Shown here: piece by piece, positions 26,093 through 36,679 of the stretch
Layout of the letters: every line of letters begins with the position of its first letter
Position numbering within the stretch: position 1 is the first letter of the stretch
Assembly (NCBI RefSeq): GCF_004010195.1
Contig: NC_057720.1
Coordinates: forward strand, 20,169,217-20,224,080
DNA: 54,864 nucleotides
Direction of reading: 5' to 3'
DNA from: Chiloscyllium plagiosum
Lineage: Eukaryota
Translations under genes and position numbers: made by a program
The notes under the pieces: generated by a model
Told to the model about the DNA's origin: nothing
The model's input: only the letters and a program-made list of their open reading frames with translations
Database searches by the model: none

Positions 26093-26539
26093 TTATACAA
26101 TCCTGCTTTTGCAAGTATGAAACTTTAAGTTTTGAATTTTGAAAAACATCAGCTGTGCAGTTTCTATGGGTTTATTGAGGATGTTTCAAACACATTACGA
26201 TTCATAATTTTTAACTAAATTACGAGACTTGATATTATCCAATTTAGTGCTTTTATATGAAGTTCATTTTCTTGAAACCACATGTAGTGAATGTATTTAT
26301 TAATCCACTTCTGTATTCCGCAAACATACTTAGCTGTAAGACATATTTATTTATAGCCAAGAGCTTTGTGTACTCCCAGAAAGAGCCATCAAACCTTCCA
26401 GAACTAAGAGACTTGACAACTCAATGTAAGCTGTTCTTTTATTCACAGATGGATTAGTTTATGACTTGAAAATTGTGGGTAAAACTCCTTACTTTCTGTT
26501 TTTAAAAAAAACTGTAATGTTGCAGATGATAGTCATTAA

Positions 26540-27690
26540 AATAAAAACAGGAAATGATTTGATTTGACTTATTATTGTCACATGTATCAGGATACAGTGA
26601 AAAGTATTGTTTTGCGTGCTATACAGACAGATCGTGCCTTCTTTAAGTACATCAAGGTAATAGAACAGAATGCAGAATATAGTGTTACAGCTACAGAGGA
26701 AGTGCAAAGAAAGATCAACTTTAATATATCAGATGTCCGATCGTAAGTATGAAAACAAGGAAGAAGCTGTTTTTGAATCTATTAGTAAACACTTTCAAAC
26801 TTTTGTATCTTCTGCCCAATGGAAGAGGGTGGAAGAGTCTAACCGGGGCGTGAGGGGTTTTTGATTATGTTGGCTGCTTTCCCAAGGCAGCAAGAAGTGT
26901 AGATGGAGTTAATGGAGGGAAGGCTGGTTTGCATGATGGTTTGGGTTGTGTTCACAACTCTAATTTCTTGTGGTTTTAGTCATAGAACCATAGCGATGTA
27001 CAGCATAGAAACAGATCCTTCAGTCCAACTTGACCATCTGACCAGATATCCTAAATTAATCTAATCCCACCTGCCAGCATTTGGCCCATATTCCTCCAAA
27101 TCTGTCCTATTCATATACCCATCCAGATGCCTTTTAAATGTAACTGTACCAGCCTCCACCATTTTTTCTGGCAGCTCATTCCATACATGGACCGCACTGT
27201 GAAAAAGTTGTGCCTCAGCTCCCTTTAAATCTTTCCCCTCTCACCTTCAACCTATGCCCTCTAATTTTGGACTCCCCTGCCCTAGGGAAAAGACCTTGAC
27301 TATTCACCTTGTCCAAGCCCCTCATGATTTCATAAACTTCTATAAGGTCACCCTTCAGCCTCCGATGCTCCAGGCAAAATAGCCCCAGCCTGCTGTGATG
27401 TATCTGGATAGGATGCTTCTGTGGAGCATCTATAAAATTGGTAAGAGTCATTGTGGACATGCCAAATTCCTTAACCTCCTGAGGAAGTTAGAGGAGTTGG
27501 TGTGCCTTCTTGACTGACACATTAACATGTATAGACCAGGACAGATTGTTGGTGACATTTACTCCTAAGAAATCGAAACTCCTGACCATCTCCATCTCAG
27601 CACCATTGATACATACAGGGGTGTGTCCTCCACTTTCTGAAGTTGATGATCAGCTCTTTCGTTTTGCCGACATTGAGAGAGAGATTGTTG
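26540..27690 (-). mobile_element. Rex1/Babar-like LINE 3' fragment interrupted by a HER1 3' end (about 26980-27390)
   Basis: MSTMTLTNF..., SRLGLFCLEHRRLKGDLIEVY peptides; tail tttgatttgacttattattgtcacatg. Confidence 0.75.
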
Positions 27691-27989
27691 TGCTGGAAAT
27701 GCTAGAAATATTCAGTCCATCATGCAGTATCCGTGGAGAGAAACTGATGTTCCGATGAACGGTCACTGAGCTGAAAAGTTAACTGTTTCTCTCCACCTAT
27801 AGCTGCCTTTATATTCAGTTCCCTTGTTAAATACTGCTCTGCGGATGTGTGCCATTTTGATTTCCTGTTCATTCCCTTAATGTATATTACTGGAATTCCC
27901 TACAGAACAGATTGTATCATTTATGTGAAAGTCGGTATTTTAAGTTAGACAAATCTGAAGATTGAGCTGGAAATATCCGCCCTACTTAT

Positions 27990-30170
27990 TTGGACAAAGA
28001 AATAGCATATGGAATATACTGTGGAAAAATGTGAAGTTATGCACTTTAGTAGGAAGAACAGAAGTGTAGACTATTTCCTATATCGGGAAAGGCTTTGGAA
28101 ATCTGAAGCACAAGGGATCTTGGGAATCCTAGTTCAGGATTCTCTTCAGGTTAGCATGCAGGTTCAGATGGCAGTTAGGAGGCAAATGCAATGTTAGCAT
28201 TCATTTCAAGAGGACTAGATTACAAAAGCAGCAGTGCATTGTTGAGGCTGTATAAGGCTCTGGTCAGACTCCATTTAGAATTTTGTGAGCAGTTTTTAGT
28301 CTTGTACCTAAGCAGGGATGTTCTGGCATTGGAGGGGAGGCCTTGGTAGAGATCTTGTTTTATTCATTTTGTGGGATGTGGACATTGCTGGCTGGGCCAG
28401 CATTTATTGCCCGTCCCTAGCTGCCCTTGAGAAGGTGGTGGTGAGCTGCCTTCTTGAACTGCTGCAGTCTACCTGCTGTGGGTTGACCCACAATGCGATT
28501 AGGGAGGGGATTCCAGGATTTTGATCCAACAACAGTGAAGGAACAGTGATTTTTTTTCAAGTCAGGATGGTGAGTGGCTTGGAGGGGAACTTGAAAGTGT
28601 TGGTGTTCCCACATATCTGCTGCTCTTGTTCTTCTAGATGGAAGTGTTAGGCGATTTGGAAGGTGCTATTTGAGGATCTTTGGTGAATTTGGTGATCTTG
28701 TAGATAATACACACTGCTGCTACTGAGAGTCAGTAGTGCAGGGAGTGGATGCTCGTGAATGTAGTACCTGTCAAGTGGGCTGCTTTGTCTTGGATGGTGT
28801 CAAGCTTCTTGAATGTAGTTGGGGCTGCACTCATTCAGGCAAGTGGGGAGTATTCCATCACACTCCTGACTTGTGCCTTGTAGATGGTGGACAGACTTTG
28901 AGGCGTCAGGAGGTGAGTTACTCGCGCAGTATTCCTAGCCTCTGACTTGCTCTTGTAGCTACTGTGTTTATGTGGTGAGTCCAGTTGAGTTTGTGGTCAC
29001 TGATAACCCCAGGATGTTGATAGTGGGGGATTCAGTGATGGTAACACCATTAAATATCAAGGGGCAGTGGTTAGATTGTATCTTAACGGTGATGGTCATA
29101 GCCTGGCATTTGCGGCACAAATGTTACTTGCCACCTGTCAGCCCAAATCTGGGTATCGTCCCAATCTTGCTGCATTTCGACACAGATTGCTTCACTATCT
29201 GAGGAGTCATGAATAGTGCTGAACATTGTGTAAACATTGGCAAACATCCTCACTTCTGACCATATGATGGAGGGAAGATCGTTGATGATGCAATTGAAGA
29301 TAGTTGGGCCTGGGTTTCAATCCTGAGGAACTCCTGATGAGATGTCCTAGAGCTGAGAAGACTGACCTCCAACAACCACAACCATCTGCCTACATGTCTG
29401 GTATGACTTGAACCACTGGAGAGTTTGCCCTCCAAAAGATATTGATTCCAGTTTGGTTAGGGCTCCTTGATGTCACACTCATATGTATGCAGCCTTGAAG
29501 GCAAGGGCTGTCACTCTCACCTCACCTCTAGAATTCAGCTCTTTTGTCCATTTGAACCAAGACTGTAATGAGATCAGGAGCTGAGTGGCCCTGGCAGAAT
29601 CCAAACTGGGTACTACTGAGCAGGTTATTGCTGATCAGGTGCTGCTTTGTAGCACTGATAAAGACACCTTCTATAACTTTATTGATGATCAAGAGTAGAC
29701 TGATGGGTGGTAGTTGGATGGATTGGATTTGACCTGCGTTTTATGTACAGAACATATTTGGGCAATTTTCTACTTTGTCGGGTAGATACCAGTGTTGTAA
29801 CTGTACTGGAAGAGACTGGTTAGGGGAGCAGCAAGTTCTGAAGCACACATCTTCAGTACTATTACTGGATGAGGAGTAGCAGGAGAGACCCAAACCCGTG
29901 GATACAACCTCAGAGTGAAGGGACAATCTGATGGAATTGAGATGAGGAGGAATTTGTAAGGGTAGATATCATTGCCACAAGAAGGCTGTGGAGGCTGAGT
30001 TGTTGAGTGTATTTAAGACAGAGATAAATAGGTTCTTGATGAGTAAGGGTATCAAGGGTTCCAGAGAGAAGGCAAGAGAATGGGGTTGAGAAATATATTA
30101 ACCATAATTGAATGATGGAACAGACTTGATGGGCCAAATGGCCTAAACCTGCTCCTATATCTTACAGTCT
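27990..30170 (+). mobile_element. CR1 3' fragment split by an inserted LINE
   Basis: VEKCEVMHFSRKN at 28009; CR1 3' end resumes at about 29870. Confidence 0.75.
28354..29870 (-). mobile_element. L2/CR1-clade LINE RT and 3' tail
   Basis: Degraded RT on the minus strand; tail gggcaataaatgctggcccagccagc...gaataaaa shared with the SINE at 30513. Confidence 0.8.
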
Positions 30171-30512
30171 CATGGAACAATGGGACATAATTATCAGTGC
30201 ACTGTTCCTAGTTAATTCATAATAACAATATGTTGATTTTAAAAGTCTTACTCTTGTTTTCATATCCCTCTTACTATAACTTCCCTCAGCTCTATATCAC
30301 TTAGAGATTTCTGTGACTTCTCCCAGTTCAAGCATCTCTCTCTCTCTCTCTCTCTGTCTCTCTAATGAGAGGGCAGTCCTATGGTCTGGGAAGACTTTAC
30401 TTTTGCTATTCCATTGGTGGCTCTGTTTTGAGCTTGTTGGAGCTTGGGCACTGGAGTGCCCTCCTGAAGCCCCTCAGTTTCTCTTCTGCTCCTTTAAAAC
30501 ACTGCAGGCAAT

Positions 30513-30844
30513 GGGAGGCAATGGCCTAGTGGTATTATCAATGGACTGTTAATCCAGAGACCCCGGTAATGTTCTGAGGACCTGGGTTTGAATCCTGCAT
30601 GGCAGATGGTGGAATTTGAATTCATTAATGAGCATGAAACTACTGTCAATTGTCGCAAAAACCCATTTGGTTCATTAATGTCCTTTAGGAAAGGAAACTG
30701 CCATCCTTACCCCGTCTGGCCTAAGTGTGACTCCAGACCCACAGCAATGTGGTTGACACTTAACTGCCCTCTGGGCAATTAGTGATGGGCAACAAATGCT
30801 GAGCTCGCCACAGACATCCACGTCCTGTGAATGAATAAAAAAAA
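30513..30844 (+). mobile_element. tRNA-derived SINE with L2-type tail
   Basis: A box TGGCCTAGTGG, B box GGTTTGAATCC, tail shared with the LINE at 28354, A-rich end. Confidence 0.8.
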
Positions 30845-30885
30845 GTTGTTGTTTAGCAATACAAGAATATTGAACAAGTAGATGT

Positions 30886-31152
30886 GGATGGAGTTAAGGA
30901 GGATTAGCCCCGATCTCAGGGGTTAGTCTGGATGGAGATAAGGAGGATTGGCCCCGATCTCAGGGGTTAGTCTGGATGGAGATAAGGATGATTGGCCCCG
31001 ATCTCTGGGGGTTAGTCAGGATGGAGATAAGGATGATTGGCCCCGATCGCTGGGGGTTAGTCCAGATGGAGATAAAGAGGATTGGCCCTAATCTCTCGGG
31101 GGTATCTGGATGGAGATAAGGAGGATTTGCCCCGATTTCTGGGGGTTAGTCT
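30886..31152. repeat. 44-45-bp minisatellite, 6 copies
   Basis: GGATGGAGATAAGGAGGATTGGCCCCGATCTCAGGGGTTAGTCT units start at 30886, 30930, 30974, 31019, 31064 and 31108. Confidence 0.92.
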
Positions 31153-32511
31153 GATACTAAATGTTTTTTGGGATCTCTTGGAGACCCGTTCAAACTAACT
31201 ACATGGGAATTCACTGGGAAGCTTAAACTTCTGATGGGAACTACCCAGCCTTTGGAACTCTCTGAAAATATCCTCAACTCTGAGTTAAAGTTGGAGACTT
31301 TGGAGGATTCTGACTTACTTAATAGCTAAATTGGATGGATTAAAACCTTCTCTAATCCCTGGCTAACCATTAACCAGACTTCACCCTCCCTGCCCATCAA
31401 CTGGACCCCACGCCACTCACATTGACACCTTCCAGACTCAGCCTGACTATCATTCCTGCCCTTCCAGACTCGATTTTCTACCAGTGTCCCCAAAACCCTC
31501 CCTCCAACTATGACTTGAAATGCCCAGATCCAACTTTCCACCTCTGTCCTTCTTGCTGTAGAAAAGGAACGTGACTTTTTTACTCCCAGCTAAACACAGA
31601 AACACAGGTGTGCTGCACATTTCTGAGGCCTCTGGTATCAGTAAGTGGGGTCAGAAATGTGGGTGACTGACCGACCCTGGAAAAAAAATGTAGGTGTCAG
31701 AGCAGCAAACCCCACCCCCCCACCCCCCCAGGATTGGCTGCCCAGTATATTGAACTTATTCAGTGACTGCTTCACTGAATAAGGTCAACAGTGGCAAGAA
31801 ATTTTGATATAATTTCAGGAAAATATAAATAAAGGTTTACATTGTAGTTGGACTTTAATGTGAATTGTTCAATTTTGACTCGTTTGGAATAGTGTGACCT
31901 TCACTGAGGTGTTTGGAAGCCTTAACTTCCCAGGTCCGAACTAAAATATCTGGTCACTTCAATCATTTTGAAGATTCTGTGAACTTTAATGTGTCCACAA
32001 CTATCCATCCAGATCAATGCTTCCTTTACAATTATACGCTGTGAGAAGGAGGTATACAACACACAAAGTTTCTCTTTGCCTTTTATATCAAACCTGCTGC
32101 AGTTACTGGCTCACCTTTTGTAATCATCTTCTCTCAAATGTCTGTTTCTTCTTAAACAAAGTCAGAAATTGCTGGAAAAGCTCAGCAGGTCCGGCAGCGT
32201 CTGTGCAGAGAAAGCAGAGTTAGCTTTACAGGTCCAGTGACCCTTCTTCAGAACTTTTGTTTCTGATTTCCAGCATCCCCAATTCTTTGTTTTTAGTGGC
32301 TGTCCATTTCTTCTTGATGGAGGGGGACTGAGTAGAAAGAAGAAGCAGTTCTAACTCCAGAATGAATTAACCACAAATATAGAATCATAGAATCCCAACA
32401 GTCTGGAAACAGCAAATGTGGTTCGTCTAGGATGACAATCAAACCATTGATGGTGAGTGGGGAATGCTCCCAAGTAAGATGGATTTTAATGTTTTTAATT
32501 TTCCTCTGCAG

Positions 32512-32751
32512 TTTATTCGCGAAGGTGAGGGGATTGCTTACATTGTGAGCGGAAGTGGGAGTTTCGTCGACTCATCAACGATAAACAGGGCGAAGGTTCC
32601 AAGCGATTGGCTGCGTTTCTACAACGCTGAGATTAGTGCTTTGGGTGGATTTGTACTGATTCGAATTACTGCAGAACAAATGTTTGCATCATACAGACAG
32701 CCATATGGGATGGTGGTTTTCCAAACTGCATTACCAAGGCGCACATTTTAA
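32512..32751 (+). CDS. ACP5: ACP5-like coding exon 6 (last)
   Basis: ttttcctctgcAG| FIREGEGIAYIVSGSGSFVD...LGGFVLIRITAEQMFASYRQPYGMVVFQTALPRRTF-TAA aligns to the ACP5 C-terminus (LGGF, LPRR). Confidence 0.95.
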   Translation, partial: FIREGEGIAYIVSGSGSFVDSSTINRAKVPSDWLRFYNAEISALGGFVLIRITAEQMFASYRQPYGMVVFQTALPRRTF

Positions 32752-32949
32752 ATCAGTGGGAAGAAAGGACATGAAAAGAACCTGATTCCTCTTAGAATTA
32801 TTCTCAATACACATTCACTTCGACCAGTGCCTAATCTTCGGGAGATTGGGTTTGAAATTTCTTTTACTGTTGGCTGTTAATTGACCTATTGGAATGGATA
32901 TTGTAACGTGCTGATAGTGGTCTGTCACCTTGCTAAAAAAAAGTAGAAT

Positions 32950-32955
32950 AATAAA
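32950..32955 (+). promoter_or_regulatory. Candidate poly(A) signal of the ACP5-like gene
   Basis: AATAAA about 200 nt after the stop codon. Confidence 0.5.
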
Positions 32956-33239
32956 ACAAGATTGAATTGATGGGACAGCAAAGATGATTTGTCAGCCTTG
33001 CCCTGCCATTGCAGAGGTTTGGGATCACACGTGGGAAATTGAGGCCAGTGATATCAATTGACTCACACATCCAAATTTCCAACATGTAATCTGTGGATGT
33101 CTATCAACAGTTGCACGATGTCTATCAACAGTTGCACAATGTTGAAAATTGCTCCTATAATACAAAACAAAACTGAAGCTACAGTATTTTCTTCTGCCCA
33201 GTTTCTCAGATGCAATGCATGCTTAAAATTAAGGCTAAT

Positions 33240-34255
33240 TTTGTTATTTTCTCCCTGTGAGCAGTTTTGGCCCCATAACTAAGCAACGGTGTGCCCTTAG
33301 AGGGGGTCATAGAATCATAGGGATGTACAGCGTGGAAACAGACCCTTCATTCCATCTCGTCCATGCTAACCAGATATCCTAAACTAATCTAGTCCCATCT
33401 GCCAGCATTTGACCCATATTCCTCTAAACCCTTCCTATTCATATACCCATCCAGATGCCTATTAAATGTTGTAATTGTACCAGCCTCCACCACTTCCTCT
33501 GGCAGCTCATTCCGTACACACACCGCTTTCTGTGTGAAGGCGTTGCCCCTTCGGTCCTTGAGGAGATTTACAAGAATGATCCTGGGGGTGAAGAGGTTGT
33601 CATTATGAGGAGCGGTTGATGATTCTGGGTCTGTAGTCAATGAGGTTTAGAAGAATGGGGTGGGGAGGTGAGGAGTGTGGGTTCATCATTGAAACTTACA
33701 GAATACTGAGAGGAACTCGCTAGGTCTGGCAATATCTATGGAGAGAAAGCAGAATCAATGTATTCTTCAGAACTGGACATGAAACATTAACTGTGCGTTC
33801 TCTCCACAGATGCTGCCAGACCTGCTGAATTTCTCCAGCAACTTTTGTTTTTGTTTTTGTTTTCCAGCATCCGCAGTTCTTCCAGTTTTTTTTAAGAATA
33901 CTGAGAGCCCTGGATAGAGTGCACGTGGAGAAGATGTTTCCGCTGGTAGGAGAGACTAGGACCTGAGGGCGCAGCCTTAGAGTGAAGGGTGATCCTTTAG
34001 AACTGAAATGAGAAATTTCTTCAGTTAGAGGGTGGTGAATCGGTAGAAATCATTGCCACAAAAAGCCATGGACATGAAGTCATTGAGTGTCTTTATGACA
34101 GAGATAAATAGGTATTTGCTTAGTTAAGGAGATCAAGGATTACAGGGCGAAGGCAGGAGAATGAGGTTGAGAAATGTATTAGCCATGATTGAATGGTGGA
34201 GCAGAATTGATGGGCCAAATGGGCTAATATTGCTCCTATGTCTTATGGTCTCATG
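33240..34255 (+). mobile_element. CR1 3' fragment with nested HER1 tail (-) and a short Penelope-derived piece
   Basis: CR1-type peptides and tail; HER1 reverse complement at about 33308-33555. Confidence 0.75.
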
Positions 34256-34719
34256 CAGATGCTCAAAAATAAGAAAGTGGTTTCTTCCATTCAAGTGGCG
34301 ACTGTCGAATGGAGGTGATCTGGTTCCACCTCAGGAGGGGTTTCACCAGCTGTCATTCGGGCTCCATCCTTGAAACTTATGGGCTTGCCTTGATACCAGG
34401 CTCCAAGGGATTACTCGTTTATTTTCGATTTGGTTCCTTCACCTTGTGCACAAGTAACAGTGTTACAGAACATTACGAAGCAAGCAGCAAATATTTGTCA
34501 AAAAATGGTTGAGACAATCCAAAGCAAAGCATGGGATTTTGACAAAAATCAAACGCATCAAAATATGGAGATTTCTGTAAAATATCTGAAATTTTATCTT
34601 CTGTGCTTGTAGAATTTTGTAAATATTTGATCTGATCTGTGCAGAAAAGAATTATGTGGAGGTGAGAGTGTGGGATTGGAGTGGACAGAAGTCACACAAC
34701 ACCAGATTATATGTGGACT

Positions 34720-35125
34720 TCAACAGTTTCCTCATTTCCCCTTCCCCCACCTCACCCTAGTTCCAAACTTCCAGCTCAGCACTGTCCCATGACTTGTCCG
34801 GACTTGGTAAAAACAATGACTGCAGATGTTTTTACCTCGTTGATTTTAACCCTTGTCCGGACTTGTCCTACCTCCCTATCTCCTCTTCCACCTATCCACT
34901 CCACCCTCTCCTCCCTGACCTATCACCTTTATCCCTTCCCCCACTCACCCATTGTACTCTATGCTACTTTCTCCCCACCCCCACCCTCCTCTAGCTTATC
35001 TCTCCACGCTTCAGGCTCACTGCCTTTATTCCTGATGAAGGGCTTTTGCCCGAAACGTCGATTTCGAAGCTCCTTGGATGCTGCCTGAACTGCTGTGCTC
35101 TTCCAGCACCACTAATCCAGAACCA
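34720..35125 (+). mobile_element. Penelope-like terminal repeat with hammerhead motif
   Basis: C-rich tract, then CTGATGAAGGGCTTTTGCCCGAAACGTC at 35032-35059. Confidence 0.8.
35032..35059 (+). ncRNA. Minimal type-I hammerhead ribozyme motif (Penelope-associated)
   Basis: CUGAUGA-A-[GGGC UUUU GCCC]-GAAA-C-GUC with a palindromic ACGU stem III. Confidence 0.7.
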
Positions 35126-35157
35126 GATTATAGTCCAACAGATTTGTTTTAAATCAC

Positions 35158-35186
35158 AAGCTTTCGGAGCACTGCTCTTTCATCAG
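35158..35186 (-). ncRNA. Minimal hammerhead motif, second family
   Basis: Reverse complement CTGATGA-AAGAGC-AGT-GCTCC-GAAA-GCTT; palindromic AGCT. Confidence 0.55.
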
Positions 35187-35476
35187 GTCACCTGGTGGTG
35201 TGTACCTCAGGGAGAAAATAGAAGGCAACAGGAAAATTCGGAACCTAATTTCAAAAGACAAAACGCTGTCTTGAAGCTCCCTGGCCTTCCAATGCCAATG
35301 ATTATGTTTCTTAAGGAACTTAGTAAGGAAATCTGATGCACCTACATTACAGATGTCATTTATCTGTTTTTTGTTACTTTTTATACCATAGTCTCTCGCA
35401 AGGTTTGTGAAGGTTTATAGCTCAGGTTGAGGTTTAGGGTGTAGGTTTGCTCACTGAGCTGTAGGTTTGATATCCA

Positions 35477-35510
35477 GACATTTCATTACCTGGCTAGGTA
35501 ACATCATCAG
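35477..35510 (-). ncRNA. Minimal hammerhead motif, third family
   Basis: Reverse complement CTGATGA-T-GTTACCT-AGCC-AGGTAAT-GAAA-T-GTC-TGG; 7-bp stem II. Confidence 0.65.
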
Positions 35511-35944
35511 TAGTGACCTCCAAGTGAAGCGAANNNNNNNNNNNNNNNNNNNNNNNNNNNNNNNNNNNNNNNNNNNNNNNNNNNNNNNNNNNNNNNNNNN
35601 NNNNNNNNNNNNNNNNNNNNNNNNNNNNNNNNNNNNNNNNNNNNNNNNNNNNNNNNNNNNNNNNNNNNNNNNNNNNNNNNNNNNNNNNNNNNNNNNNNNN
35701 NNNNNNNNNNNNNNNNNNNNNNNNNNNNNNNNNNNNNNNNNNNNNNNNNNNNNNNNNNNNNNNNNNNNNNNNNNNNNNNNNNNNNNNNNNNNNNNNNNNN
35801 NNNNNNNNNNNNNNNNNNNNNNNNNNNNNNNNNNNNNNNNNNNNNNNNNNNNNNNNNNNNNNNNNNNNNNNNNNNNNNNNNNNNNNNNNNTGTGTTGCTG
35901 GAAAAGCGCAGCAGGTCAGGCAGCATCCAGGGAACAGGAGAGTC

Positions 35945-35972
35945 GACGTTTCGGGCATAAGCCCTTCTTCAG
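35945..35972 (-). ncRNA. Minimal hammerhead motif within a fold-back element
   Basis: Reverse complement CTGAAGA-A-GGGC-TTAT-GCCC-GAAACGTC. Confidence 0.65.
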
Positions 35973-36399
35973 GCTTTCGGGCTTATGCCTGAAACGTCGA
36001 TTCTCCTGTTCCCTGGATGCTGTCTGACCTGCTGCGCTTTTCCAGCAACACATTTTCAGCTCTGATCTCCAGCATCTGCAGACTTCACTTTCTTCTCATG
36101 TCTTTGCTTAGCCTGTCCCAGGATAGATGTGTTGTCCCAGTCGAAATGGTGGTTTTTTTCATCTGTGTGTAGGGCTATGAGGGAGAGGGGTCGTGTCTTT
36201 TTGTGGCTAGCTGGTGTTTGTGTATCCTGGTGGCTAACTTTCTTCCTATTTGTCCTACGTAGTGTTTGTGGTAGTCCTTGCATGGAATTTTATAGATGAT
36301 GTTGGTTTTGTCCATGGGTTGTACTGGGTCTTTTAAGTTTGTTAGTTTTTGTTTGAGAGTGTTGGTGGGTTTGTGTGCTACTAGGATTCCGAGGGGTCC

Positions 36400-36675
36400 A
36401 CAAGGTCCCTCACCAACGTTTACAGATGCACCAGTGAAAACATACTGTCTGGGTGCATAACATCCTAGTATGGCAACTGTTCTACCATAAGAAACTACAG
36501 AAAGTTATGTGCACAGCCCAGACCATCACAAAAGCCAACTTCCCAACCATGGACTCCATTTACACTACCATTGCTGTTGAAAGGCTACCAACATCATCAA
36601 AAATCCAACGCATATTCATATTGCTCTCTTACAGCCTCTTCGATCAGGTAGAAGATACAGAAGCTTGAACATACC
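36400..36675 (+). mobile_element. Rex1/Babar-like LINE fragment
   Basis: KKLQKVMCTAQTITKANFPTMDSIYT peptide. Confidence 0.7.
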
Positions 36676-36679
36676 CACG

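Larger units (their letters stand above)
35390..36395 (-). mobile_element. Penelope-like element 3' part with GIY-YIG remnant (gapped, with nested insertion)
   Basis: Minus strand reads NIIYKIPCKDYHKHYVGQIGRKLATRIHKH...HHFDWDNTSILGQ. Confidence 0.8.

Noticed and set aside
30886..31152. CRISPR-like repeat with a palindromic core
   Set aside because: Units are contiguous without variable spacers; it is a simple minisatellite.
33096..33137. 21-bp direct repeat downstream of the ACP5-like stop
   Set aside because: Only two copies; an ordinary slippage duplication with no functional hint.
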